From a virus (Duplodnaviria; Caudoviricetes): DNA of 54,566 nucleotides. Within the stretch, counting starts at the first letter, position 1, and the number at the start of each line of letters is the position of its first letter. The notes beneath the pieces are model-generated. The model saw only the letters and a list, made by a program, of their open reading frames with translations. It ran no database searches and was not told the DNA's origin. Made by a program: the position numbers and the translations under genes. Positions 10,801 to 18,534 of the stretch are shown in pieces. Where the stretch lies: IMG/VR virus record IMGVR_UViG_3300021368_000438, positions 1 through 54,566 of that record. One strand, 5' to 3'.

Positions 10801-11729
10801 GGCTCTGGTTCTGTCGTTACAGTTTTGGTTGTTGTCTCGCTACCTGTTGCTTCATCAACTTCCTTTGTTGTTGTCTCAGTTGTTTTGCTAGGCTCTGCAC
10901 CAGTCGCTTCTGCTACCGCTGCGTCTGCTTGCACCTGTGCATTCTCTAAAGCTGCTGCATCAGCAGCTTGTCTGGCACTAAGGTTTGCTGCTTCTTCTGC
11001 TGCAATCTCCGCACCTTCCGCTGCACCCTTACGTGCGCCAATAACAGATGTCGGCACAGACAAAAGACTACCAATGCCTGCACCCATACCAATGCCAAGA
11101 CCAACTGATTTTGCAAAGCGTTCTTTATCAAACTCGTCTTGCAAGCCAATGTCTTGCTTATAAGATTGTTCGGAAAGATTAACGATACCTTCTTGTACGC
11201 CAGAAATACCGCCTTCAATTACCGCACCGCTACGAATACCTGTTGCAACACCGCGTGCCACAGGGGCTGACTTGCCAGCTTGTCTGGCGAGGTTAGCTGC
11301 CTGCGCTGCTTTCTTGTACGGGCCGATAACTGGAATAAGGTTTAGAGGATCAGCCAGTACGGAAACGGCGATGTCTTTTGCTGCACCCCAGCCTCGACCG
11401 CCTTCTTGATAGAAGAAAGGAAGCTGATCCCAGACTTGTGACAGACGAGCATTTCGAGATTTTTCTTCTTCGCTTGTGCCGCCGCCTTCGTATATTCTGC
11501 CTACTGCGCCAGCAGTGTTTAGCTGCGCCCAGTTTTCGTCTGAGTAGAATTTATCTATCAGCTCGTCGTCTGGTAAGTTTCCATAGCGACCTCTCAAGTC
11601 AGCTAAAAACTCAGGATTTTGTAGAATTGTTTTACTATCGTAGTCTGCTGCGTAGCCCATTGTCGGGCCAGTTTCTTCTTTTTCGAATAGACTATCTACA
11701 GTAAGGTTCTTAAAACTATCTCTTGCCAT
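1839..11729 (-). CDS. Giant internal virion/ejection protein (3296 aa), polyvalent type with zincin HExxH and ART-like domains
   Basis: Long ORF at the end of the ejection-protein block; IHEVAH...EEWFAE; YYHAT...FGPGIY...PLY; helical C-terminal region typical of podovirus ejection proteins. Confidence 0.8.
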   Translation of the reverse strand: MARDSFKNLTVDSLFEKEETGPTMGYAADYDSKTILQNPEFLADLRGRYGNLPDDELIDKFYSDENWAQLNTAGAVGRIYEGGGTSEEEKSRNARLSQVWDQLPFFYQEGGRGWGAAKDIAVSVLADPLNLIPVIGPYKKAAQAANLARQAGKSAPVARGVATGIRSGAVIEGGISGVQEGIVNLSEQSYKQDIGLQDEFDKERFAKSVGLGIGMGAGIGSLLSVPTSVIGARKGAAEGAEIAAEEAANLSARQAADAAALENAQVQADAAVAEATGAEPSKTTETTTKEVDEATGSETTTKTVTTEPEPASEPTKPVKLSDAQKASINKGLEKTDYTADNVQGWIDSGELKLETDANGKIKSTIPDPTTGKKFNQNQAIIKFGKAKQAAEAEKAVSKAQPETTKVDAPDETPAVKVDEPAPEPEAKPAVDTSKYTNAAKKEIEEKGYGQEILELVEPNEKGNVGKPQIKAAKEAYDLNQQIEKDGAALAKAVGGKAPEKTTEAPANNAMNELAKTIEAIANKDPSIMARFSETLEDATPDKPFVQFKNANSKASAKAHKIMMDAGITLDDVTPSPENTIGTKEIKAAVKANKGKVNPDASRMEDLIGRYVTEIGEDVDQAEVRGLLEEKLDTADIEFDTDDVLRRYDALNDSINEDLADQARMRQIEDDIIAAFNPTDVQKANIRDYAKKILEVNTTDAQNAELRNYAKRLLSGDSRVKAESPEIIDYAKKLLADSDVTEPNEFTKEDAIRLATLREIKMGKIMAEARPEDIPTIKIDGRRVNIRQATSKMRLDPQAYASQTKRLGTGAQIERAAQFEGAGRNNNGRIMAMLRKGARLNKADLDRTEHKSLLESGEDFFMSERMMDEVAALTQAQSNARRNAKGTKVVGTIKDSKQLPMTEDDFLPTIVPFIANRSTQVNTLSGVKSVQAGTTVYADGITNRIYDSHETIMVKRGDVVIKTDKTPLIKDKVTKVESKPTKVNETLSEGFDASAQMRDDVPNVPTSALIDPRFGSRVPIIRQKAQKDLTTERIIRVMSPAQARNNYTVEQLAGAEGIENFDVHYIQTFQRPLSETKEALQRAWDNSETFTKFSEDQGLGGVFMSGNATGLGFPASENGISKLELDIGKLSEPQTMALDRRSSKPTSERKSLTVAQVISFINKTESSPLPTTENDMAVLISDLEQMHLILRDSIPSGYVKNTTDRISAASEIETILNKVAPEEGAAAAKLIENLGGDPSRAPIMVGGEGAAFKYNPATNEISVPKAEQGKAAHADLLSSIAEWSYENILTPEDRVKFWGALKKEIVSGDTTLLRSLKEYNPKKSGAAKRIFSDNFVSWALEKRSAGLFEDKSYWQKIQRYIKGVFDRYFNNKKIDPAIEGQFSKILPDFEMHQRKLGDFADPTTLGGRTYAGYAAKLTIAEDAIHDAIARYSGSDASDEAVINAFIELRNIMAAGLANVGPRSPKDVYGVKPYFTGKVLMPFKRYSDILSGRLADMNEIMSGKPFIEEGKADDALVRAQQEGITSVIADPTKVAPALIDLWTNGHKNFTPTTKPPSKDVNIEYTTTEYALQTMQRVLKHAFRSAEYNEMPSKPQSWTTIGRVKPTKRAINKTKVEKSDARKKAEAIRTGKEKGLAKKTGRGDDPFTASLRGKSLAELEREFITADSSAREEQIAFMMFEKDNLNYEQGLIKTVPIPEDIARLREPELLQMFRDAIRDGDSDLVDILLWNNTRRIQRRKFTKNNNAAQKMPKILENVYLRERIKTEVAASGGVPTTAGIPPNAPFNVRNILSYLTHRDPVVNYTQRTMAYRMINLMGKATRDVLDDTNIMSATDMARLAGVDPTGIKNAAMDFRGEQFKKFRADTRRLAIGLTKGNSNPFDVIHEVAHTVVRAGMLPEAEMDAVVQLYRSADDKLKSRINNDYANKYPDTSEAQMELILAEEWFAESLAKYMGERVARGDILEALNSGDLSSLSLKNSFHTAIDRAREFVAYIVNGLIGRKDIKQQFRQLMFYGDMFETPPKGPLATLGRRGRAVSPTYAHQFANDVLRQSTPARMAAIKKYTGGGKFSEDENGPITYYHATPNGKAFDRDANPDVVMSDGSGAFGPGIYISPEAETLDAVYARRPTIGAMTSMISRSNLSDEVKEELMQSADELGQVRSEISKRRREYAVASDNLEANDAQRDGMLNGINFADLDDESKDLINFERNALVKTKESIREELDDLLEIEQSIDDMLVQNGIIADPLVMPLYTRMLNTADFSLGTNHYLGGPFMQAVFRRMVDNGLFEEEVLAKRLGAAPSENLNGDQAYKFLAGIIEEANGGSRLQAKSTLNAMLEEMGYDSMKTSHMNTLSDREMFGDMSEEGARLGAAKVYDAFVLFNPEQAKHIEAKHFDNDDARMYYRENPAATKGFNGVMTTEMVKGNIDKADPAMATQFLDNLEANGAEPDLVDAMGSIMRQRILNPREEKAVAKLSPLGFLSAQSTNMERMGMNWLGGWYKKHFPDQNQTFAKKFMPMYHAMKRLPDAGGAATNWFKKSQVLTGMGEAKQPKSHAKIMKALRFGLDSRAGKALSTDEYNVATQIRQQFNDEHQSMRDAGMFVGYRRDYVPQVWIPEKIRENEAEFRDAMRAYFFKEKTAAGKVVSQSEADEFVDGITETLSGLDNDDGVMTGSFRGSSTSPAASSIDYSRMIELEKHPEIMALMDKFLENDLETMLVKYFESTSRRLLHVEKFGLNSHGVSDYMTAAEGGRRGIAKLLSTNKEYVKNFRVLDGDGVEEVDLKEQTIMPFSTKPMKAEEFVNTLVDVFNSPAGAPAARDMLDKIAPRVNGEIPKTYQRRADAIMGALSDFKGEATPITKDAHGFIENAMRVSRKQPINGGAANGRVMLSTSRTLRSINNVTLLGFTTLTSLGDLVLPIIRSSSFSSWAKAQYNLASDPDYARAMKEIGVAMENIVHDRMIHMYGGVDSKMSNAFFNATMLTPWTDMNRKMAGAVGYEAFKMYQAKTAKHYNPSVAVENQSRQYKMAYRQLSMFGMQDYAKGQRKGDVSLSDRSLLDSDKNLRIGVLNFANQSVFQPNANDVPLWAQTPTGALLFQLKSFPLMMQRMAGSVLTEAYRHGNFKPLLYFMSLGPASGMGALAIKDIVQMRGGEDEKSAEVRVRNAAKFMGYDEKVHGNEQNFLGWYMEGLMQMGGFGLIADVLHSSASQLDNGAYGQQRIWSTILGPTYGLGNSVITMGAGAKDAVMGSTPESNAKERSAARELATRIPVVGGIRAAREGITDKIAGEKKSGGSNGFSNQFKNAFK

Positions 11730-11736
11730 TGTCGGT

Positions 11737-11790
11737 ACTCCAGTTTCCGAATGTGCTCAGAATACTGGAGTGACGCGATACAGTCGTCCT
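11737..11790 (-). promoter_or_regulatory. Putative late promoter (AGGACGAC-N18-TATTCT) overlapping an RBS-sequestering hairpin
   Basis: Motif 11783-11790, -10 at 11759-11764; inverted repeat ACTCCAGT/ACTGGAGT (11737-11744 / 11764-11771) covers the GGAG RBS. Confidence 0.7.
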
Positions 11791-13979
11791 TAGTTCAGTG
11801 TTTGACGGTAAGCTTCAAGATTTTCTAAAACTTCTTTAAGAGCGTTTGCTCTACCCACAGACTTTCTATTACCTTCTAACTCAGAGATTTGTGTTTTTAA
11901 CAACTCAATTGTTTTACCGATAGTTGCAGGGTCTTGCAATAAAGACAACATGGTTTGCCTTGATTGATTTATTTGGTCTTTTCTTTTCCCTGTTGCCTCT
12001 TGTTTATTAAAGGCAATTCGATCTTCAATTGTTGAGAAAGGACTTGTTACACCGCTACCCTTTCCAAGCTCATCAAGTATTACTTCTGCGATAAATTCTG
12101 AATTATCATCTGGTGAAGTAGGAATGCTTATCGTGTTCGATGTGGTGTCAGTCGTCGTGTTGGTAGTCGTCGTATTGTTAGCAGCTTTTTCTTCTTCTAG
12201 TTGTTTTTGATAAATTTTAAGCTCTCTATCAAGACGCTCTGTTATACCGTCAAGTCCGTTAGGAAGATCATCAATTTTCTGTTGATTCCACGGAGTTGTT
12301 GGGTCAAGCCAGATGTATTCGCTGTCTCCACTTACTGTGCCAATAGATGTTTTTCTATCTTGCGCTGTTACCTTGTTAAAATGCAAAACCTCTGCTTTAA
12401 ATCTTTCTTGAAGTTTTCTTATAGCTGCAATTTTTTCTTCAGTTGATTTATCAGAAGAATATATACCATCAGTAAGTCTAATGGTTTGGTTTCTTATCTC
12501 TTTCATGTCACTTGTTCGTGAATTATAATATGTGTCAAAAGTTTGCGGCTCGCGTACACCGTTTGCCGCAGTAGATAAATCTATCTGTTGCGTTTTGTAC
12601 TCGTCAAAAGTCATCTGACCAGCATCTGTTAAGGCTTTAGTTAGGATATTTTTCTTTTCAATAAAACTTAAATCTTTGCCAGCAATTTCTCTTGCCACGC
12701 TTCCAATAACGGCAAGTGCATTATCATCGATATGAAAAAGATTACCCATATCTTTTGCTGCTCTCAGAAGTTCGCCATCGTTTTTAAATGTACCGTCTGT
12801 TGAATTATAAACACCTTCTATACGCGCCGATGCGGCTTCTCTTAATTTTTCTGGAAGATTCAAATTAGTAATATCTTGCTTCGCTCGCTTACCTTGGTAC
12901 TGGTCTTCTTGTTTCTCTTGAAGTTGAGTTACCAGACCATCAAAGACACTGTCTACATAGCCATCACCTAAAAGCGCTTGCTCTGTTTCTGTTAATCTTG
13001 TGTTTAGTATTTTATTAATAGCTGTTTTAGCTGCTTCAGAGTTTCCTAGTCTATTTATAATGGCAAGAACTTCACTTTGGTTATCGGCCAACAAAGTATT
13101 AGCTTTAGTTCTTGTCTCTTGTGTTCTTGTTTCAGCAACACCGCTTTGAATTTTATCAAATGTTGCCTTCATTCCGTCTAATTCAACGCCTACCCATTCA
13201 TTATAAAGGTCATTTCCTTGATACAACTCATCGAGACGAGCTTTCGCATCTTCAAAAGTAACGCCATACGTTTGTGCGTATTGCTCTAAATCTTTTATAG
13301 CTTCTCTTCCGATTGCCTGTACTTTTTCTTGTCTTGTTGTGTTGTACTCGTCTTTAGCACTGTCCAAAAGCTGAGTTGCTACGTTTTGTGGTAGGTTGAA
13401 CATGCTTGCAAAGTCTTTAGCGTTTGCATCGTTAGGATCAGATAAACTGTTTATGTAGGCTTGAGCTTGCGGCGTCATTTCGAGCACCTTTGCTTGAACA
13501 GCTTTTGCTCTATTTGGCTCAGACAAAATGTTTGTAAGGTCTAGATCAAAAGGCATAGTGCCGCCAAACATGTTCTTTATGTTTGTTGCTGCACCAGCAT
13601 AATCATACTCGTCTCGACCCCCTGGCACGGTGCTAATTTGAGACATATTTAAAAGTTCGTTTTGTATAAAAGGTTCAAGACGTTTTATAAAATCAAGTTT
13701 CTGGATGTCTTCTTGGTTTTGTCTAGCTCTTGCTTCTTGCTGTCTTTTCGCTTCGTTTGTTGCCACAATTCGTCTGAGCGCCTCATCGTTACCGACGCCG
13801 CCTGCCAAGTAGTTACGCCCACCAGAAACCTGATCTCGAAACGATTGAAAATCTGCCATCGTAGCGTATGGATTATTTCGCTTAAACTCTTCAAATAGTT
13901 TCATGACCTCTAATCGTTTGTTACGATTGTAGTCATTTCGATCATTGTAGCCTTGCGAGATTGCTGCGAAGTTTACCAT
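11790..13979 (-). CDS. Internal virion/ejection protein (729 aa)
   Basis: Helical, charged protein located between tail genes and the giant virion protein. Confidence 0.6.
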   Translation of the reverse strand: MVNFAAISQGYNDRNDYNRNKRLEVMKLFEEFKRNNPYATMADFQSFRDQVSGGRNYLAGGVGNDEALRRIVATNEAKRQQEARARQNQEDIQKLDFIKRLEPFIQNELLNMSQISTVPGGRDEYDYAGAATNIKNMFGGTMPFDLDLTNILSEPNRAKAVQAKVLEMTPQAQAYINSLSDPNDANAKDFASMFNLPQNVATQLLDSAKDEYNTTRQEKVQAIGREAIKDLEQYAQTYGVTFEDAKARLDELYQGNDLYNEWVGVELDGMKATFDKIQSGVAETRTQETRTKANTLLADNQSEVLAIINRLGNSEAAKTAINKILNTRLTETEQALLGDGYVDSVFDGLVTQLQEKQEDQYQGKRAKQDITNLNLPEKLREAASARIEGVYNSTDGTFKNDGELLRAAKDMGNLFHIDDNALAVIGSVAREIAGKDLSFIEKKNILTKALTDAGQMTFDEYKTQQIDLSTAANGVREPQTFDTYYNSRTSDMKEIRNQTIRLTDGIYSSDKSTEEKIAAIRKLQERFKAEVLHFNKVTAQDRKTSIGTVSGDSEYIWLDPTTPWNQQKIDDLPNGLDGITERLDRELKIYQKQLEEEKAANNTTTTNTTTDTTSNTISIPTSPDDNSEFIAEVILDELGKGSGVTSPFSTIEDRIAFNKQEATGKRKDQINQSRQTMLSLLQDPATIGKTIELLKTQISELEGNRKSVGRANALKEVLENLEAYRQTLN

Positions 13980-13989
13980 TGTTTATACC

Positions 13990-15819
13990 TCAACTGCTTG
14001 CTGGTCGTGAGCTTGAAAATAAACTCTTAGACCAATGATCTGATGGGAAGTAGTTACCTTCGCCATATAGATTGTTTAAGAAATAATCGTTGCCGCCATC
14101 TAACATGAAATCGTTAAGAGAGCTGCCGAAACCAGCCGCAGCATTCGCAGCATTGGTCGCCGCAGTGTTGTACGCGCTTGTTGCCCCAGTAAGTAGGTTA
14201 CTTCCGATTGACTGAGCGTTGGAGAAATAGCCAGACGGATCGAACTGTAGTTTGTATGGGTTGTACACAGCACTGGTTAAGTTCATGCCAGCATTTGTTG
14301 CCGATGAACTTGGTCTTGCGTAGTTAGCCAAGCCAGTGCCGATGTTAATGTTGTCGTAAATGCTTGAACCGATACCACGGAAGTCTCGGTTGCCTGATGC
14401 CGATCTTATGTCAAAGTCAATGTTTGCTGTGCCAGTAGGCATGTAACCCATAGCAGCATTGGCGCTACCGATGTTATCATCAAAGATAGCACTATTGATT
14501 GCTATTGGTGCGCGGTAGCTATTCGCAGACGCTATTGATCTGTCGTATGCGCCAGACGGTACTGCGCGGTAAAAGTCTAGTGCAGCGTTAGCTGACGGCG
14601 CTATTGGTAGCTTCATCATGTCTGCAATTCCAGCGCCGCCGATAGATGCTTCTTCGCCAAGTATAGCGCCACGGTTTCTAAGTATCTGGTTGATGTCTGC
14701 TGAACGAACACCCTGACGGCCAGTAATGTATTTAACTGCGTCGTCGTATGCCCTGCCTCTAGCGGCGTCATATTCTGCGGCTAGTCTGGAGGCTATATCA
14801 CCTCGTCTGGCAGTTGCCTGGTCAGAGATTTCCATACCTCTGTTTATTAAGTCAGCTTCATTAATACTTGCTACACGTTCCGCTGCTCGATCAACGTCCG
14901 ATATGTTTTGTTGAGTTCGTCTATCAAGCTCGTTTTGAAAGTCAGCTTCTGTAATAACCTCGACATCTGGTATGTCTTGCAGACCTCTTTGTGTTTCACG
15001 TAAGCCGCCACGCAAAGCATCTATCGCGCTCATGATATTGCCGCGTTGAGCGACAATGTCTTCGCGTTCCCGTGCGGCAATGTCTTGAGCATCTGCAAAG
15101 ATGCCAAGCCCGAACTCACGTTCTTTCTGACGAGTTTCTTGGGCAGCTAGAAAGTTCTGGTAGTCTCTTTCACTTTCAAAGCCAGCAGTAGCTTTAGCTT
15201 CCGCAAGCATGTCTAGGGCTTCACGGCGTTCTTGTGCGCTAATGTTTTGATTGCGGAGCATTTGCTCCAATTCAAAAGCTCTTTCTGCTTGCGCTGTACG
15301 TTGAGCGTCTTGGAATGTTTCCATACGGAATTGCTGTTCCGCTTGAGCAATAGCCTTTCTAGATAAATACTCTCTACGCTCTTCGTCTCGTTCACCACGA
15401 GCAATAGCCTGCGCTTCTTCCATTTCCGCAATGGCACGTTCTCGTTCGGCTGCACTAATCTCTTGGTTTCTTAGAAGTTGGCTTAGTCTAAACTCGGTCA
15501 GACGAGCAGCAGCTTTGTCTTCTCTAATCTGTCTTTCAACGTCGGCTAGTCGTTCGGCCTTTAATTGGTCTTTGTATTCTTGTAAGTTGGCTTCACTAAA
15601 GTCACGCTCGTTTTGTTTTATCGAACGATTGAACGCTTCCATTGCCCGTTGGTATTCTTGCTCCTCGCGTTTAAGGCCAAGCTCTTGTAGTGCAAGCTCA
15701 TACTGTTTGAGCTGCATTTCGTATTGTTGTCTTTGAGCTTCTCTCTGTTGAGCCAACGCTCGTTTTTCACGAGAGTTGGATTGCAGCATCCCTATCCCAG
15801 CGAGTATTGTTGAAAACAT
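13990..15819 (-). CDS. Internal virion/ejection protein (609 aa), coiled-coil rich
   Basis: N-terminal MFSTILAGIGML followed by Q/E/R-rich coiled coil; synteny. Confidence 0.6.
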   Translation of the reverse strand: MFSTILAGIGMLQSNSREKRALAQQREAQRQQYEMQLKQYELALQELGLKREEQEYQRAMEAFNRSIKQNERDFSEANLQEYKDQLKAERLADVERQIREDKAAARLTEFRLSQLLRNQEISAAERERAIAEMEEAQAIARGERDEERREYLSRKAIAQAEQQFRMETFQDAQRTAQAERAFELEQMLRNQNISAQERREALDMLAEAKATAGFESERDYQNFLAAQETRQKEREFGLGIFADAQDIAAREREDIVAQRGNIMSAIDALRGGLRETQRGLQDIPDVEVITEADFQNELDRRTQQNISDVDRAAERVASINEADLINRGMEISDQATARRGDIASRLAAEYDAARGRAYDDAVKYITGRQGVRSADINQILRNRGAILGEEASIGGAGIADMMKLPIAPSANAALDFYRAVPSGAYDRSIASANSYRAPIAINSAIFDDNIGSANAAMGYMPTGTANIDFDIRSASGNRDFRGIGSSIYDNINIGTGLANYARPSSSATNAGMNLTSAVYNPYKLQFDPSGYFSNAQSIGSNLLTGATSAYNTAATNAANAAAGFGSSLNDFMLDGGNDYFLNNLYGEGNYFPSDHWSKSLFSSSRPASS

Positions 15820-18525
15820 TTATGCTGCCCCTGTGTTCTGCAAGAATGAAGAGAAGAGAGGATTTTCTTCTTCTTCCTCCTCGTCGTCAAAAGTATAAAA
15901 TCCAGCTTCCTCGTCTGGCTCAAATAAAGCATACTCATTGAAGCCTATGTCTGCACCTTCGGCAGCTAATCTTTGCTGAACCGCACGTTCGTCTGCCTCT
16001 ACCAATCCAAGACGCCGTGCAAGTTCTTTGCTTAGAGCCTTACGTTCGTCATCTGCTTGTGTCGCTTTGTACAGATCAATGTCTTCTGAAAGGGTATCGA
16101 TTAATCCTTGGTATTCTTCATAGTTAGAACGCCCGTAATCTGACGCTAACAAGTTTTCTAACATTTCACTCGCTTCAGTTTCGTACTGATCTCGTCTGTC
16201 ATACAGGTCGTCTAGCCGTTGGTTTACAGATTTTCTTGAAGTTGCCAGCTCAGACAACAGATCAGAAGCCCTGCCACCACTGTAGGCAGAAAGGTCTACA
16301 CCAGCAGCAGAAAGGTCGTCGAGCATTTGGTCGAAGGCTGCCTCATCATATAGCTCTGTGGTGTCTAGGTCTCTTACCGCCGCCCCTAAATCGCCAGATA
16401 TGGCGTCTAGCTCTGCGCCTCGCGCAGCAACAGCAGAGTCCAGTGCTGCTTGAGCGTCGATGTAGTCTTGGATAGCGGTTGCATCCATACCCTCTGCGCC
16501 AAAGTTATAAGGCAGTAATGATGTAAATTCGCTGATGTCTCTCTGACCGCTTGTAATCTGGTCTTGTATTGCATCAAGAGCTGCTTTGCTAAATCGATTA
16601 GCACTGCCTGCGCCACGCTCAACATTTGCAGCCATGCGAGCAAAGTCTTCTTCTGCCTGTGATATTCTGGCAAGTTCGTCTGCCCTGTCTTGGAACAGTT
16701 GGTCAACTTCGCCTTCAAGTATTCCTAAATCTTCAAGAGGAAATCTAAATGCGTCAGACGTACCGAGCAAACTGTCGAAGCGAGAAGCGTCTAGCTGGCT
16801 TGCATCTATGCGGCGACGTAGGTTTTCCATTTCTTCTAGGTCTGCAATGGTTAGTCCGTTGTCTAGTATCGCTCTTAGTTCGTCTTCTTGTGTCCCAAGC
16901 TGCGTTGCAAACTGGTTTATTCGAGCCTCTTCTTCTGCACGTTTTGTAAGAAGATCATTTAATGTTCCTTGCACACCGCTTACATCTGCGCTGATACTGC
17001 CAAGAGGACTACTAAATTGATTGGCTTCTCGCTGTAGTTTGTTAAGTTCTCTTTGCAAGTTTTCGATTTGTGACAGGTTACTAATATCAAGATCGCCAGC
17101 GGTTAAACCAAAATCATAAATTCTATTATCGATGTTGCGTTGTGCGTCTGAAATTCTTTGGTTTTCTGCTGCTTGTTGAGCTATGAGGTCGTTTATCATA
17201 GCTTCGGCGGCATTTAATTCTGCAAGCTGACCACTAAAATTAAACCCAAGGTCGCTGCTAAAACGACCAGCACCTTTTTGCGCTGCGTCTATTTGAGCTT
17301 TAATATTTGCCAAGTCACTACTTGAGATGCTGGCTGTATCGAGACCTAAAGCATCGATGGTATCGTATAAGTTATTTCCATACGTTCTTATTCGATTTTG
17401 CTCTGCGGTGTAAGCATCGCCTATTCCAGACAATGTTGGGGTAAGATCGCCAAGTAAATCCGTCACATCATCAAGCGCGCCTGTTTGACTTGCTAATGCA
17501 TCGTCAATCGTTCTAGTTGTTTGGTTTAAATCTTTAATAGTTTCGTAAGCATTTTTGGCTGCGTTATATCCTCTGTAATCATATGTGCCGTCTGCGTTTA
17601 CAAAGTCAGTTAATGCAAAACTTGCATCATCTAATGCATTATAAAGCTCGTTCGAAGTATTTGTTAGATTACTTACTGCTGTGTCTCGATCAGTTTTTAA
17701 CGTGTCTAAAGTGTCTACAAGACCGCCGTATGTATCAACTATATTGCCAAAGTCATTTGGATTATTTAGCGCAAAGAGAGCTTTTTCTTCATCTGTAAAG
17801 TCGAAGTCAGTAGATAAGTCGGGAGCTGCACTTAGTGATGTATTGCTTAACGCATCATAGGTACTACTGATGTCATCGTAGTAGGTTTCATAAATATTTT
17901 CATTAGCAGCCGTGGTTGGGTCATCGTACAAACTATAAATATCTGCACCGCCGATAGCGCTTGAAAAGTCATCTACGCCAGAAAGCGCATTAGAGAAAGT
18001 TTGATTAAAATCATCGACAGAGGTGTTGTACGTCTGCGCTTCTGCAATTAGACGGTCTAGCTCTGCCTTTTTGGCAGCGTCTTCTGCTGCTGCGTCAGCG
18101 CCTGCTGTGCTATTGCTTACAGAAGAAGGGCTGTCATCTCCACCACCATCATTGTCTGATGTTGTTGGTTTAGCGCTTCCTGGCCAAGTGCCTTCAGCAA
18201 TTTGTCTTTGTATATTTCGTTCAGTTCGCTCTGCGTATGTGTCTAATGTGTCTTGGCTGGCATTCGAATTAAAACCAAATCCAGTGCTCAAATCAGTTAT
18301 CGCATTTTGAAAATGATCTGAAAATGAGCTTGGGTTATTTACATAAGTACCGCTAAACGTATTACCAAATACTGAGTCATAAGCTGGGATACCTTCTTGC
18401 GTGATGCGGCCAGAGCCGCCCAGCATTTTTAGTATCTTAGCTTCTCGTGGCGTAATGTAGGATAGTTGATGCGGTTGCCTGTTAATCATCTTCCGCTTTG
18501 GAGCGGTTTTCATTGTTCCCATCAT
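15820..18525 (-). CDS. Internal virion/ejection protein (901 aa), acidic coiled coil
   Basis: N-terminal LSYITPREAKILKMLGGSG..T..GIPAY motif, recalled as recurrent in podovirus ejection proteins; very acidic C-terminus. Confidence 0.6.
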   Translation of the reverse strand: MMGTMKTAPKRKMINRQPHQLSYITPREAKILKMLGGSGRITQEGIPAYDSVFGNTFSGTYVNNPSSFSDHFQNAITDLSTGFGFNSNASQDTLDTYAERTERNIQRQIAEGTWPGSAKPTTSDNDGGGDDSPSSVSNSTAGADAAAEDAAKKAELDRLIAEAQTYNTSVDDFNQTFSNALSGVDDFSSAIGGADIYSLYDDPTTAANENIYETYYDDISSTYDALSNTSLSAAPDLSTDFDFTDEEKALFALNNPNDFGNIVDTYGGLVDTLDTLKTDRDTAVSNLTNTSNELYNALDDASFALTDFVNADGTYDYRGYNAAKNAYETIKDLNQTTRTIDDALASQTGALDDVTDLLGDLTPTLSGIGDAYTAEQNRIRTYGNNLYDTIDALGLDTASISSSDLANIKAQIDAAQKGAGRFSSDLGFNFSGQLAELNAAEAMINDLIAQQAAENQRISDAQRNIDNRIYDFGLTAGDLDISNLSQIENLQRELNKLQREANQFSSPLGSISADVSGVQGTLNDLLTKRAEEEARINQFATQLGTQEDELRAILDNGLTIADLEEMENLRRRIDASQLDASRFDSLLGTSDAFRFPLEDLGILEGEVDQLFQDRADELARISQAEEDFARMAANVERGAGSANRFSKAALDAIQDQITSGQRDISEFTSLLPYNFGAEGMDATAIQDYIDAQAALDSAVAARGAELDAISGDLGAAVRDLDTTELYDEAAFDQMLDDLSAAGVDLSAYSGGRASDLLSELATSRKSVNQRLDDLYDRRDQYETEASEMLENLLASDYGRSNYEEYQGLIDTLSEDIDLYKATQADDERKALSKELARRLGLVEADERAVQQRLAAEGADIGFNEYALFEPDEEAGFYTFDDEEEEEENPLFSSFLQNTGAA

Positions 18526-18534
18526 TGTACTCTC

